Source of the DNA: an uncultured Desulfobacteraceae bacterium
GTDB taxonomy: Bacteria; Desulfobacterota; DSM-4660; Desulfatiglandales; B25-G16
Direction of reading: 5' to 3'
Length of the DNA stretch: 64,000 bases
Assembly: GCA_964549945.1 (NCBI GenBank)
Contig: CAZJXD010000001.1
Location: forward strand, 84,346-148,345
In this document: one piece after another, positions 33,809-42,255 of the stretch
How the letters are laid out: each line of letters begins with the position of its first letter
Numbering within the stretch: position 1 is the first letter of the stretch
The notes under the pieces: model-generated
Databases searched by the model: none
Seen by the model: only the letters and a program-made list of their open reading frames with translations
Told to the model about the DNA's origin: nothing
Position numbers and translations under genes: made by a program

Positions 33809-34066
33809 TTATATCTCCGTTACTATGATCGCTTCGGCTTTACACACGGCCTCGCAGGTGCCGCAGCCCAAGCAGTTCTGGCTACGAGCCGGAAAGGACC
33901 TTCCTGCCCTCATCTCAAAGACATCCACCGGACACAACTCAGCGCACTCACCGCAGCCATTACATCTCGCGCTTTCGACTTTTATCAGATAAACGAAGTA
34001 TTCCCTCTTTTCCCTTCCCACGTGATGCCATTTTTTCTTGACAAAGATTTTGTATACAGTATACAT
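33809..34066 (-). CDS. 2x[4Fe-4S] ferredoxin; start codon uncertain
   Basis: The core is VESARCNGCGECAELCPVDVFEM...QNCLGCGTCEAVCKAEAIIV. The track ATG (34064-34066) lies inside the palindromic operator and upstream of the predicted minus-strand TSS. An in-frame GTG at 34019-34021 is an alternative start. A purine tract GGGAAGGGAAAAGAGGGAA follows it. Confidence 0.6.
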   Translation of the reverse strand: MYTVYKIFVKKKWHHVGREKREYFVYLIKVESARCNGCGECAELCPVDVFEMRAGRSFPARSQNCLGCGTCEAVCKAEAIIVTEI

Positions 34067-34077
34067 ATTCTAGTCAA
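34038..34077. promoter_or_regulatory. Symmetric divergent promoter pair sharing one palindromic operator tgtatacagtataca
   Basis: The sequence is cTTGACAaagatttTGTATACAGTATACAtattctAGTCAAg. The plus-strand -35 TTGACA is at 34038-34043. The minus-strand -35 TTGACT is at 34072-34077. The palindrome is at 34051-34065, and its TATACA half-sites serve as candidate -10 elements (spacers of 16 nt on plus; 15-17 nt on minus). Confidence 0.5.
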
Positions 34078-34217
34078 GAAAATAAATAGTGCTGTACCTG
34101 GCGCATTTTCCCCTCAGACAGAGCCTCTTGAATCCGGTAACGGCGGAATAACCAATCCAAGCGATCTGGGCGAAACTCGCACTGAAACGGTTTACCATAG
34201 AAAAAAGGAGAAACGCC

Positions 34218-36242
34218 ATGGCCCAAGAAAGGAAGCTGTACCCCTCGTTTCGTAATCCATTATGCCTGAAGCTCGATCGTCCCCTTCCAGAGGAGATAGC
34301 GGTAATCGGGGCAGGAACGATCGGGCCCGATATTGGGTATTACCTGAAATCAGCCCTTCCGGGAATAAAACTCTTTCTCGTGGATGTGGTTGAGGAGCCC
34401 TTGAAGAACGCCGAGAAGAGGATCTCCGGATACGTTCAGAAGGCAGCGGACAGAAGGAAGATGACAGAAGATCAGGCCAACGCAATCCTCAGCAATATCA
34501 CCTACACCATGGACTACGAGAAGATCAGTGGATGCGATCTGGTGATTGAGGCCGCCACGGAGAACGTAGCCTTAAAGAAGAAGGTATTCGAGGACGTTGA
34601 AGCCCTTGTCAGCGAGAAGGCCATCCTCACCTCGAATACCAGCTCCATACCTGCTGACAGGATCTTCGCGAACATGAAAAAGCCAGAGAGGTCCACTATA
34701 ACCCACTTCTTTGCGCCGGCGTGGCGAAGCCTGCCGGTGGAGGTAATTCGGTGGGAGGGAGCCAGCCAGGAGGTCGTTGATTACCTGTTCTGGTTTTTCG
34801 CCCACACGGGCAAGGCCCCCCTTATAACCGACAACGCCATTTGCTTCATGTTGGACCGGGTCTTCGATAACTGGTGCAATGAGGCCGCCTATCTGCTGGA
34901 GCATGCATCCGCGAGCCAGATAGACAAGGCCGCGGAGGAGTTCGTGTTTGCGGGCCCTTTCTATGTCCTCAATATGGCACGGGGTAACCCCATTATCGTT
35001 GAAACCAACACCCTCCAGATGGAAGAGGGGCCCCACTATAAACCGGCTAGGATCCTGGAATCTGTTGACACGTGGCAAACGCATAGACCAGGTTCAAAGG
35101 TGGACGTTCCAGGGGAGTTAGGTAATCTAATCAGAGACAGATTGCTGGGCATTCTCTTGTCGCAGTCCTTTGATATCATCGATAGGGGGATCGGCACCAG
35201 GGAAGACCTCAATTTCGGTTGCCAGATCGCCCTGGGATTTAGGAAAGGGCCATTTGATATCATCAGGGAACTCGGTGAGGGAGAGGTCGAGCGGATCATG
35301 GCCGAATTCCAGAAGGAAAGGCCCGGATTTCCGGGGCCGAGGCAACCCCTCTCCGCATACCAGGAGTTCCCGCGCCACCTCATCGTTGATGAGATGGACG
35401 GGGTTGTGATTATCACCCTCAGGAGACCGCAGGCGATGAATGCCATCAGCGACGAGATAAATGATGAGATCCTCTCGGTGTTGAGGGAACACATCGATAA
35501 CCCGGAGGTGAGGGGATTTGTGATCACCGGATACGGGAACAGCGCCTTCTCGGCGGGTGCGGATATCGGTAAGTTCCCGCAGACCCTCGGAAACAAGGAT
35601 GCGGCGCTTCACTACGCAAAGGACTGCGCACAGGTACAGCTCTTCATGGACCGGATGGAGAAACCGATAGTCGCGGCGATAAACGGCATGGCCCTGGGTG
35701 GGGGTCTGGAGGTGGCGCTTCGATGTCATGGAATGGTGGCCACCAAAAACGCGATCTTCCAGTTCCCTGAGATCACCCTCGGGATCCTGCCAGGCATCGG
35801 CGGGTGCATCGTCCCCTATCGGAAGTGGCCTCAGGGAGCGAAGCTCTTTCATGAGATGATCTGCTTTGCCAGGCGCATTACCGCCAATGAGGCTTCCGAT
35901 ATCGGTATGGTGGATAGGATCGCAGATGACTACTCTGAGATGATCAGGGAGGCGGTAAAAGCGGTCCACGGCTTGCAGGGGAAGATCAGAAGGATCCCCG
36001 ATGGACCTGTTGATATCCCGGAGATAACCATCCCTGAGAAGCCCATGGCGGGAAAGCTGCCCTTAAGCAAGGAGGCCATCTCGATTATCGCAAAGACCAT
36101 CAAGACAGGAGCGGCTGCCGGTTCCTTTGCCGAGGCCCTTGAGATAGGGTATCGAGGATCCGCTGAGATTGCCTGCACAGAGGCGGCAAAGGAAGGGATC
36201 TCGGCCTTCCTCGAGAAGAGAAGGCCGGAGTTCAAGAGGTAG
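34218..36242 (+). CDS. Bifunctional 3-hydroxyacyl-CoA dehydrogenase (N) / enoyl-CoA hydratase (C) fusion
   Basis: The ORF is 674 aa. IAVIGAGTIGPDIGYYL is a NAD Rossmann fold at the N-terminus. The C-terminal crotonase fold has VVIITLRRPQAMNAISDEI...FVITGYGNSAFSAGADI...AAINGMALGGGLEVAL. The domain order is the reverse of FadB. Confidence 0.85.
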   Translation: MAQERKLYPSFRNPLCLKLDRPLPEEIAVIGAGTIGPDIGYYLKSALPGIKLFLVDVVEEPLKNAEKRISGYVQKAADRRKMTEDQANAILSNITYTMDYEKISGCDLVIEAATENVALKKKVFEDVEALVSEKAILTSNTSSIPADRIFANMKKPERSTITHFFAPAWRSLPVEVIRWEGASQEVVDYLFWFFAHTGKAPLITDNAICFMLDRVFDNWCNEAAYLLEHASASQIDKAAEEFVFAGPFYVLNMARGNPIIVETNTLQMEEGPHYKPARILESVDTWQTHRPGSKVDVPGELGNLIRDRLLGILLSQSFDIIDRGIGTREDLNFGCQIALGFRKGPFDIIRELGEGEVERIMAEFQKERPGFPGPRQPLSAYQEFPRHLIVDEMDGVVIITLRRPQAMNAISDEINDEILSVLREHIDNPEVRGFVITGYGNSAFSAGADIGKFPQTLGNKDAALHYAKDCAQVQLFMDRMEKPIVAAINGMALGGGLEVALRCHGMVATKNAIFQFPEITLGILPGIGGCIVPYRKWPQGAKLFHEMICFARRITANEASDIGMVDRIADDYSEMIREAVKAVHGLQGKIRRIPDGPVDIPEITIPEKPMAGKLPLSKEAISIIAKTIKTGAAAGSFAEALEIGYRGSAEIACTEAAKEGISAFLEKRRPEFKR

Positions 36243-36325
36243 GTGGCTTTGACGTTATCCTGAGGGATGGGGAATCCATATAGACCCGTGATTTGTGTTC
36301 GGGCTGCTGCAAGAGGAGAAGCACT

Positions 36326-37516
36326 ATGGAGCTATTTAGGGATATGACAATACTATCCCTGGAGCAGGCAACAACCCTGCCCTACCTCACCTACAGGCTC
36401 GTCCAGGACGGGATGAATGTAGTTAGAGTCGAACATCCGGTCTATGGTGACCCAAACCGGATGATCGGGGAGAACTACCTCAAAGAAGAGCGGATGCATT
36501 GCTATTACCTCTGTATTAATGCAGGGAAAAAGGCGATTACCCTTAACCTGGCAGAGGAAAAGGGCAAGCAAATCTTACGAGAGCTTATCGTGAAACTCAA
36601 GGTTGATATCTTTGCCACCAATCAACTGCCGAGAAACTATGGAAAGTTGGGAGTGGATTACGAGACGTTAAGAGAGATTAAATCGGATATTATCTGGCTG
36701 GGCATTACAGGCTTTGGGCCCGAGATTAATGAGGCGGCTTATGAGCCGATCCTCGAGGCGAGATCCGGATTAATGGAGGTAACCGGAGAGCCTGACGGTG
36801 AACCCCAATCGCTTGGTATACCCTTGGCCGATATGGGCACAAGCGAACACGCCTACGGGCTGCTGATGAAGGCCCTATTGAAGCGGGAGAGGACAGGCGA
36901 GGGATCAAGGATCGATATATCTATGCTTGAGTCGGCAACCTCCTGGCTCACCGTGGCAACGACGTTAACGGCAACCTTTGGCGAAAAAGTGACAAGATCC
37001 GGAAATACCCATCAATACTTTGCACCTGTATCCGTTTTTAAGACAAAGAACGGCTATGTATACATGGCCGTTGGTAATGATCGACAATGGAAGGCTTTTG
37101 CGTCGCTGCCCCGGTTTCAGCTCCTCGATAAACCGGAATACGAGAAAAACGAGGGCAGAATACATGACGTAGTGAACCTGAACAAATCGATCAGCGAGGT
37201 CTTAGAAACGCTTACCTCGGAAGAGCTCATTGAAAAGTTCAACAAGATAGGGCTCCCCATAAGCAAGATCAACACCATCCCCGAGGTATTGGATGATCCC
37301 CTCATGAAAAGGAGGCTTCTTAAATCCAGGGATTCAAAATCGGGGCTTGAACTCACACTTGCACCAGCACCGTTTGTGACACCATTTCTCGATGAGTCTA
37401 ACAACACGCTTTCCTTCCCCCCCAGATTCGGAGAGCACAACAGGGAGATATATTGCCACATCCTCGGCTATTCCGAGGACGAGGTAACCAGGTTCAAGGA
37501 AGAAGGGGTAATATAG
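36326..37516 (+). CDS. Family III CoA-transferase (CaiB/BaiF family)
   Basis: The track ORF starts at 36293. The Met at 36326 has AGGAG 8 nt upstream. It contains ILSLEQATTLPYLTYRLVQDGMNVVRVE, GIPLADMGTSEHAYGLLMKAL and FAPVSVFKTKNGYVYMAV. Confidence 0.85.
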   Translation: MELFRDMTILSLEQATTLPYLTYRLVQDGMNVVRVEHPVYGDPNRMIGENYLKEERMHCYYLCINAGKKAITLNLAEEKGKQILRELIVKLKVDIFATNQLPRNYGKLGVDYETLREIKSDIIWLGITGFGPEINEAAYEPILEARSGLMEVTGEPDGEPQSLGIPLADMGTSEHAYGLLMKALLKRERTGEGSRIDISMLESATSWLTVATTLTATFGEKVTRSGNTHQYFAPVSVFKTKNGYVYMAVGNDRQWKAFASLPRFQLLDKPEYEKNEGRIHDVVNLNKSISEVLETLTSEELIEKFNKIGLPISKINTIPEVLDDPLMKRRLLKSRDSKSGLELTLAPAPFVTPFLDESNNTLSFPPRFGEHNREIYCHILGYSEDEVTRFKEEGVI

Positions 37517-37518
37517 CC

Positions 37519-38310
37519 ATGCGAATCATCGTCCTTATCAAGCAGGTGCCCGACACCACGGAGATCAAGATCGATCAGAAGACCGGCACACTCATCAGGG
37601 AGGGTGTAGAGAGCATTATCAATCCTGATGACAGGCATGCCATTGAGCTCGCCGTGACATTAAAAGGGGATCATGGGGGAAAGGCCACGGTGCTCTCAAT
37701 GGGCCCTCCCCAGGCGATCGATGCTATCTCCGAGGCAATGGGGATGGGCATCGATGAGGGAATACTGCTTACCGACAGGAATTTTGCAGGTGCGGATACC
37801 TGGGCCACCGCATTCACGCTTGGAATGGCCATAAAGAGGCTAAGGAGATACGATCTGATCATCTGCGGAAGGCAGGCGATCGACGGCGACACGGCCCAGA
37901 TAGGCCCCCAGGTCGCGGAGTTCTTGGGCCTGCCCCAGCTTACCTATGTGAGGGGGATCGAGGAGATCGACGAGAAACGCATCGTGGTCCAGAGAAGCCT
38001 GGAGGACGGCTACGAGAGGATGGCTTCCCCGCTTCCCGCCTTGATTACCGTCATAGGCGAGATAAACAGGCCGAGGTCTCCAAGGGTGGATCTCCTCATC
38101 GACGCCTGCAAGGATGTGGCGAATATCAAGATCTGGGATGTGGCGGACTTAGGTCTCACTGTGCAGGAGGTCGGTTTAAGAGGCTCTCTCACACGGGTGA
38201 TCAAGACGTTTCCCCCCAAGTCCAAGAGGGAGGGGGAGATGTTAAAGGGCAGTAAGGATGAAGTAGTGAGTCAACTGTTAGATAGGATGCACAGCAAACA
38301 TCTTGTGTAA
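37519..38310 (+). CDS. etfB: Electron transfer flavoprotein beta subunit
   Basis: The internal Met at 37519 gives the canonical MRIIVLIKQVPDTTEIKIDQKTGTLIREGVESIINPDDRHAIELAV. The longer track ORF overlaps the preceding gene. Confidence 0.9.
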   Translation: MRIIVLIKQVPDTTEIKIDQKTGTLIREGVESIINPDDRHAIELAVTLKGDHGGKATVLSMGPPQAIDAISEAMGMGIDEGILLTDRNFAGADTWATAFTLGMAIKRLRRYDLIICGRQAIDGDTAQIGPQVAEFLGLPQLTYVRGIEEIDEKRIVVQRSLEDGYERMASPLPALITVIGEINRPRSPRVDLLIDACKDVANIKIWDVADLGLTVQEVGLRGSLTRVIKTFPPKSKREGEMLKGSKDEVVSQLLDRMHSKHLV

Positions 38311-38331
38311 GGAGAACGTAGCGTTTTGGCT

Positions 38332-38454
38332 GGAGTATTGGAGCATTGGAGAAGTGGAGCAATGGATTAATGTCTGAACGTAACTCTATCGTAGAGAAAT
38401 GTAAAAAAATCCTCTGATCACCATTACTCCAGCACTCCAATTCTCCATTATTCC
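38332..38454 (+). other. Long imperfect hairpin in the etfB-etfA spacer
   Basis: The left arm is ggagtattggagcattggagaagtggagcaatgg (38332-38365). The right arm is ccattactccagcactccaattctccattattcc (38421-38454). They are complementary at 27 of 34 positions by my count. The arms are built from repeated GGAG/CTCC words. Confidence 0.5.
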
Positions 38455-38476
38455 ATAAATCTTAAGGGGATTACCT

Positions 38477-39670
38477 ATGGCTATAGCGATCGATGGGGAT
38501 CTCTGCAACGGTTGCGGGAGATGTATAAAGGTCTGTCCATACGCCGGGGTAGAGCTGCGAGAGGGAGGGGCGGTACTCACCGAAAGATGCACGGCCTGTG
38601 GCGCATGCATAGAGGTATGTAAGGTCGAGGCCATCCGCTCTGATATCAAAGAGAGAGAGATACCGGATTTTAGCGATTATCAAGGTGTATGGGTATTCGC
38701 GGAGCAGAGGGATGGGGCTCTCAGCAGGGTAACCTTTGAGCTCTTAGGCCTCGGGCAGAGGCTCGCCGAAGAGCTCAATCAGGAGCTCTCGGCGGTGCTT
38801 CTGGGGCATGAGGTAGCGCATCTGGTCGAGGAGCTCCAGGAGTTCGGGGCCCAGAATATCTACCTTGCCCAGCACAAACTTCTCGCCCATTACCAGACAA
38901 ATCCGTATGCGAAGGTTCTCTCTGGGATCGTATCGGAGCTTAAGCCCTGCATCCTTCTGATCGGCGCGAGCAGCATCGGACGTGATCTCGCGCCCAGGGT
39001 TTCCATGAGTCTCAATCTCGGGCTCACCGCCGACTGCACGGGGCTCGCCGTTGATCCAAACGATGGCTCCCTGCTTCAGACCAGACCGGCCTTTGGTGGA
39101 AACGTGATGGCAACGATAAAGACTCCCTACAGCAGGCCTCAGATGACAACGGTGAGGCCGGGCGTGATGGAGGCGAAACGGAGTGATGGTTCGAAACAGT
39201 GCAGGGTAATTGAGAAGAAGGTGAAATTGCTGGACAAAGACAGGCTCACCGAGGTCTTGGAGGCGGTGCGGGAGAGGAAAAGTGGCGTCGATCTCTGCGA
39301 TGCCACGGTGATTGTGGCAGGCGGAAGGGGTGTAGGATCGAAGGAGGGTTTGGAGTGTATATTCTCGCTTGCCGAGGCTCTGGATGGCGAGGTCGCTGGC
39401 ACGAGGATGGTCATCGAGGAGGGATGGCTTCCGGCAGAGAGGCAGGTAGGGCAGACAGGTCAGACGGTGAGGCCCGAGCTCTACATTGCATGTGGTATAT
39501 CCGGCGCGATCCAGCACAGGGCCGGAATGCTCGGATCGCGCTATGTGGTTGCCATTAACACCGATGAGAGGGCCCCCATCTTCGAGGTGGCCGACTGGGG
39601 TATCGTTGGAAACCTTCACGAGATTGTCCCCACATTGGCCGGCGCACTGAGAGAGAGAAAGGCGGGATAG
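38477..39670 (+). CDS. etfA: Electron transfer flavoprotein alpha subunit with N-terminal 2x[4Fe-4S] ferredoxin domain
   Basis: The ORF is 397 aa. It has CNGCGRCIKVCP and CTACGACIEVC in the first 55 aa. The EtfA fold follows, with VIVAGGRGVGSKEG, QVGQTGQTVRPELYIACGISGAIQH. Confidence 0.9.
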   Translation: MAIAIDGDLCNGCGRCIKVCPYAGVELREGGAVLTERCTACGACIEVCKVEAIRSDIKEREIPDFSDYQGVWVFAEQRDGALSRVTFELLGLGQRLAEELNQELSAVLLGHEVAHLVEELQEFGAQNIYLAQHKLLAHYQTNPYAKVLSGIVSELKPCILLIGASSIGRDLAPRVSMSLNLGLTADCTGLAVDPNDGSLLQTRPAFGGNVMATIKTPYSRPQMTTVRPGVMEAKRSDGSKQCRVIEKKVKLLDKDRLTEVLEAVRERKSGVDLCDATVIVAGGRGVGSKEGLECIFSLAEALDGEVAGTRMVIEEGWLPAERQVGQTGQTVRPELYIACGISGAIQHRAGMLGSRYVVAINTDERAPIFEVADWGIVGNLHEIVPTLAGALRERKAG

Positions 39671-39674
39671 GGAG

Positions 39675-40811
39675 ATGATGGTACGTTCGGATATGGAGGA
39701 ACTTCTGCGTAGGGTCATGGCACGGTTTGTGGATGAAGAGGTTATCCCCGTTGCCAGGGAGATCGATGATAGGGGTGAGTTCCCCTTTGACCTATTCAAA
39801 AGGCTCGCCGATATGGGCATCCTTGGAATCAGGTATCCCAAGAAAGCGGGAGGTTCAGGGGGAAATACTACCCTTTACTGTATCTCGGTTGAGGAGTTGG
39901 CACGGGGGCTCATGAGCCTGGCCGCGATCACCGCCATGCAGTGCCTTATGGCCACCAACGGCCTCTATCTCTATGGTACCAAGCAGATGCATGAGGAGTA
40001 CTTACGGCCTGCCTTGAGGGGTGAGAAGATCGGCGCATTTCAGCTCACCGAGCCCGAGGCGGGATCGGATCTCGGCAATGTTCGTACCAGGGCCACCAAG
40101 GTCAAGGATGGGTGGGTCATCAACGGAATGAAGACCTGGTCAACGAGCGGCCCCTATGGAGACTTCCACACGGTGCTGTGCCAGACCGATCTGGACAGGG
40201 GATTAAAGGGGCTCATGTTCGTCTTCATCCCCAGCGATACCCCCGGGTTCTCTCACAGCAAGAAGTTCGACACGCTGGGCACGAGAACATCGGCCCTCTC
40301 AGAGATCTACTTCAATAATTGTCATGTTCCTGACGAATACATGCTGGGGGAGCTGGGCAGGGGCCTTGATGTCTTGTTGACCATCTTGGCGGAGATCAGG
40401 GTGATGACCGGGTGTCTGGCCATTGGATTGCTTCGCGCGGCAATGGATGATTCCATAAGGTATTGTAAGGAGAGGGTACAGTTTGGCAGGCCGATCGGCA
40501 CGTATCAGCTCATCCAGGCAAAGATCGCGAATATGGCCGTCAATCTAGAGGCGAGCAACCTCATGTGCTATAAGGTGACCCATCTCGTTGACAAAGGCAT
40601 TGCCTGTTTAAATGAGGCGTCCATGGCCAAGTATTTTGCAACCGAGGCCGCATGCTCCGCGGCGGATGAGGCCATGAGGATCTTCGGCGCCTACGCCTAT
40701 TCAATGGAATACAACGTGCAGAGGTATTACAGGGACAACCGTTTCTTGCTCTACGGCGGGGGGACGCACGAGGTGCTTCAGACCACGATTGCGAGGCAGT
40801 ACCTGCGGTAG
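39675..40811 (+). CDS. Acyl-CoA dehydrogenase
   Basis: The ORF is 378 aa. It contains GAFQLTEPEAGSD, WVINGMKTWSTSG, QFGRPIGTYQLIQAKIANM and YGGGTHEVLQTTIAR. These match ACAD family motifs, including the C-terminal catalytic-Glu context. Confidence 0.9.
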   Translation: MMVRSDMEELLRRVMARFVDEEVIPVAREIDDRGEFPFDLFKRLADMGILGIRYPKKAGGSGGNTTLYCISVEELARGLMSLAAITAMQCLMATNGLYLYGTKQMHEEYLRPALRGEKIGAFQLTEPEAGSDLGNVRTRATKVKDGWVINGMKTWSTSGPYGDFHTVLCQTDLDRGLKGLMFVFIPSDTPGFSHSKKFDTLGTRTSALSEIYFNNCHVPDEYMLGELGRGLDVLLTILAEIRVMTGCLAIGLLRAAMDDSIRYCKERVQFGRPIGTYQLIQAKIANMAVNLEASNLMCYKVTHLVDKGIACLNEASMAKYFATEAACSAADEAMRIFGAYAYSMEYNVQRYYRDNRFLLYGGGTHEVLQTTIARQYLR

Positions 40812-40835
40812 CGGTGTAAAAAGACGATTGATCAC

Positions 40836-41549
40836 ATGGAAAAAGGACCACTACATACGAACAAAGGGAATTCTACCCTGATAAAGCCCATTAAAAAGGA
40901 GAACCTCGGGAGCCAGGTCTTTGAGCAGATAAAGGGGATGATCCTGAGGGGGGAGATCCCTCCCGAAAGACGCATGATAGAAAGCGAGATTGCCCTCTCA
41001 ATGGGCATTAGCAGAACCCCAGTCAGAGAGGCAGTACATAAGCTTGAGGCAGAAGGCTTCCTCACGCCCCTTCCCAAGGGAGGGTATGTGGTGAGAGGGC
41101 TCACCATCTCCGATATCGAGGACACCTTCGACATCCGGAGTATTCTGGAGAGCTTTGCCGGGTATCTCACCGCCAAGAGGCATGTTGAGGATGAGCTTAT
41201 CGCTCTGGAGGTGAAGATAGATGAGTTTCAGCGATATCTGGACGGAGGTAATCTAAAAAGACTCGCCGTGGTAAATACCGAGTTCCATGAAGCCCTTTAC
41301 GCAATGAGCAAGAGCCCTCGGTTAACAAAGATGATTCATGGTCTCAGGGATGAGATCTACTTTTTAAGAAAGATCATACTCAAATCGGAGGAGATGGCTC
41401 GATTGTCCAATAAGGATCATAGAGAGATAGTAGATGCCATAAAGAAAAGAGAGGCGGAAAAGGTAGAGAGGCAGCTCAAAGAGCATATCTTAAGGGGTAA
41501 GGACTTTGTCCTCAATGAAATCAAGAAGGGAAATGTGAGCATTAGCTAA
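40836..41549 (+). CDS. GntR-family transcriptional regulator, FadR-type (FCD C-terminal domain)
   Basis: The ORF is 237 aa. The winged HTH is SEIALSMGISRTPVREAVHKLEAEGFL. The all-helical C-terminal domain has EFHEALY and DHREIVDAI, which are FCD-like His/Asp ligand positions. Confidence 0.85.
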   Translation: MEKGPLHTNKGNSTLIKPIKKENLGSQVFEQIKGMILRGEIPPERRMIESEIALSMGISRTPVREAVHKLEAEGFLTPLPKGGYVVRGLTISDIEDTFDIRSILESFAGYLTAKRHVEDELIALEVKIDEFQRYLDGGNLKRLAVVNTEFHEALYAMSKSPRLTKMIHGLRDEIYFLRKIILKSEEMARLSNKDHREIVDAIKKREAEKVERQLKEHILRGKDFVLNEIKKGNVSIS

Positions 41550-41582
41550 CCCGCGACTAACAAGGATAGATGTGGAGAAGAC

Positions 41583-41981
41583 ATGCCTGAGAAAAAGATC
41601 AGAATCATGATTGCGAAGCCAGGTCTTGACGGTCATGACAGGGGTGCAAAAGTGATGGCCCATGCCCTGAGGGATGCTGGGATGGAGGTGATATACACCG
41701 GACTGCATCAAACCGTTCCCTCTATAGTGAAGATGGCTATCGAGGAGGATGTCGATGTGATAGGCCTCTCTATCATGTCCGGGGCCCATATTCCAATCGC
41801 GAGAAAGTTGATGGAATTGATCGGGAAAGAGGGCCTGGATAACGTAATGGTTGTCGTGGGAGGGGTAATCCCCACCAAGGATATCCCCACATTAAAGAAG
41901 ATCGGCGTGAAAGGTGTGTTCCCCGGCGGCACCCCGTTCGAGGAATCCATTACATTTATTAAAGAAAATGTTCGCAATTAG
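41583..41981 (+). CDS. B12-binding small subunit of an acyl-CoA (methylmalonyl-CoA-type) mutase
   Basis: The ORF is 132 aa. IMIAKPGLDGHDRGAKV carries the DxHxxG cobalamin His-ligand motif. It also has IGLSIMSGAH. Confidence 0.85.
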   Translation: MPEKKIRIMIAKPGLDGHDRGAKVMAHALRDAGMEVIYTGLHQTVPSIVKMAIEEDVDVIGLSIMSGAHIPIARKLMELIGKEGLDNVMVVVGGVIPTKDIPTLKKIGVKGVFPGGTPFEESITFIKENVRN

Positions 41982-41998
41982 TGGTACCTGGGTTGAGC

Positions 41999-42208
41999 GG
42001 TTCACTGTTCAGGGTTCATAATTGGTTGCCTCATCTTCATACTGGTCTATGTTCATCGTCTTCTAACCCCTGGCCCAGACCTGGTTTAGCAGTCCTTTTC
42101 GTAGAATCCTTGGACGTAGCGTTCAGAAGAACCGTTTAAAGCGCACGTTAGCTCGCACCAGGGCAGGCTTGAACTGTGAACCTCGGAACTTTGAACCTGA
42201 GTATTTAC
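41999..42208. repeat. Structured spacer between the mutase subunit genes; one end resembles the 24568-24794 element TIR
   Basis: The arm ggttcactgttca (41999-42011) pairs with tgaactgtgaacc (42170-42182) at 12 of 13 positions. The reverse complement of 42193-42208, gtaaatactcaggttc, matches the left TIR ggtaattactcaggtag at 13 of 16 positions. Confidence 0.45.
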
Positions 42209-42255
42209 AAAAACTCAAGGAACTCAACAAACACTAGAAACAGGAGTAACCAGGG

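Noticed and set aside
37056-37065. atgtatacat palindrome resembling the operator core
   Set aside because: It is only a 10-bp core, lacking the second half-site spacing of the 15-mer. It lies inside the CoA-transferase coding sequence with no promoter context, so it is probably a chance occurrence.
38744-39841. 365-aa minus-strand ORF
   Set aside because: It is antisense to etfA and the start of the acyl-CoA dehydrogenase gene. Its composition is biased (R, P, G, L) and it has no motifs. It is a shadow ORF.
41982-42255. Possible cobalamin riboswitch upstream of the mutase large subunit
   Set aside because: I could not find a B12-box-like core or the GCCACUG element. The spacer is better explained by inverted repeats related to the 24.6-kb element. 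An Rfam scan would settle it.
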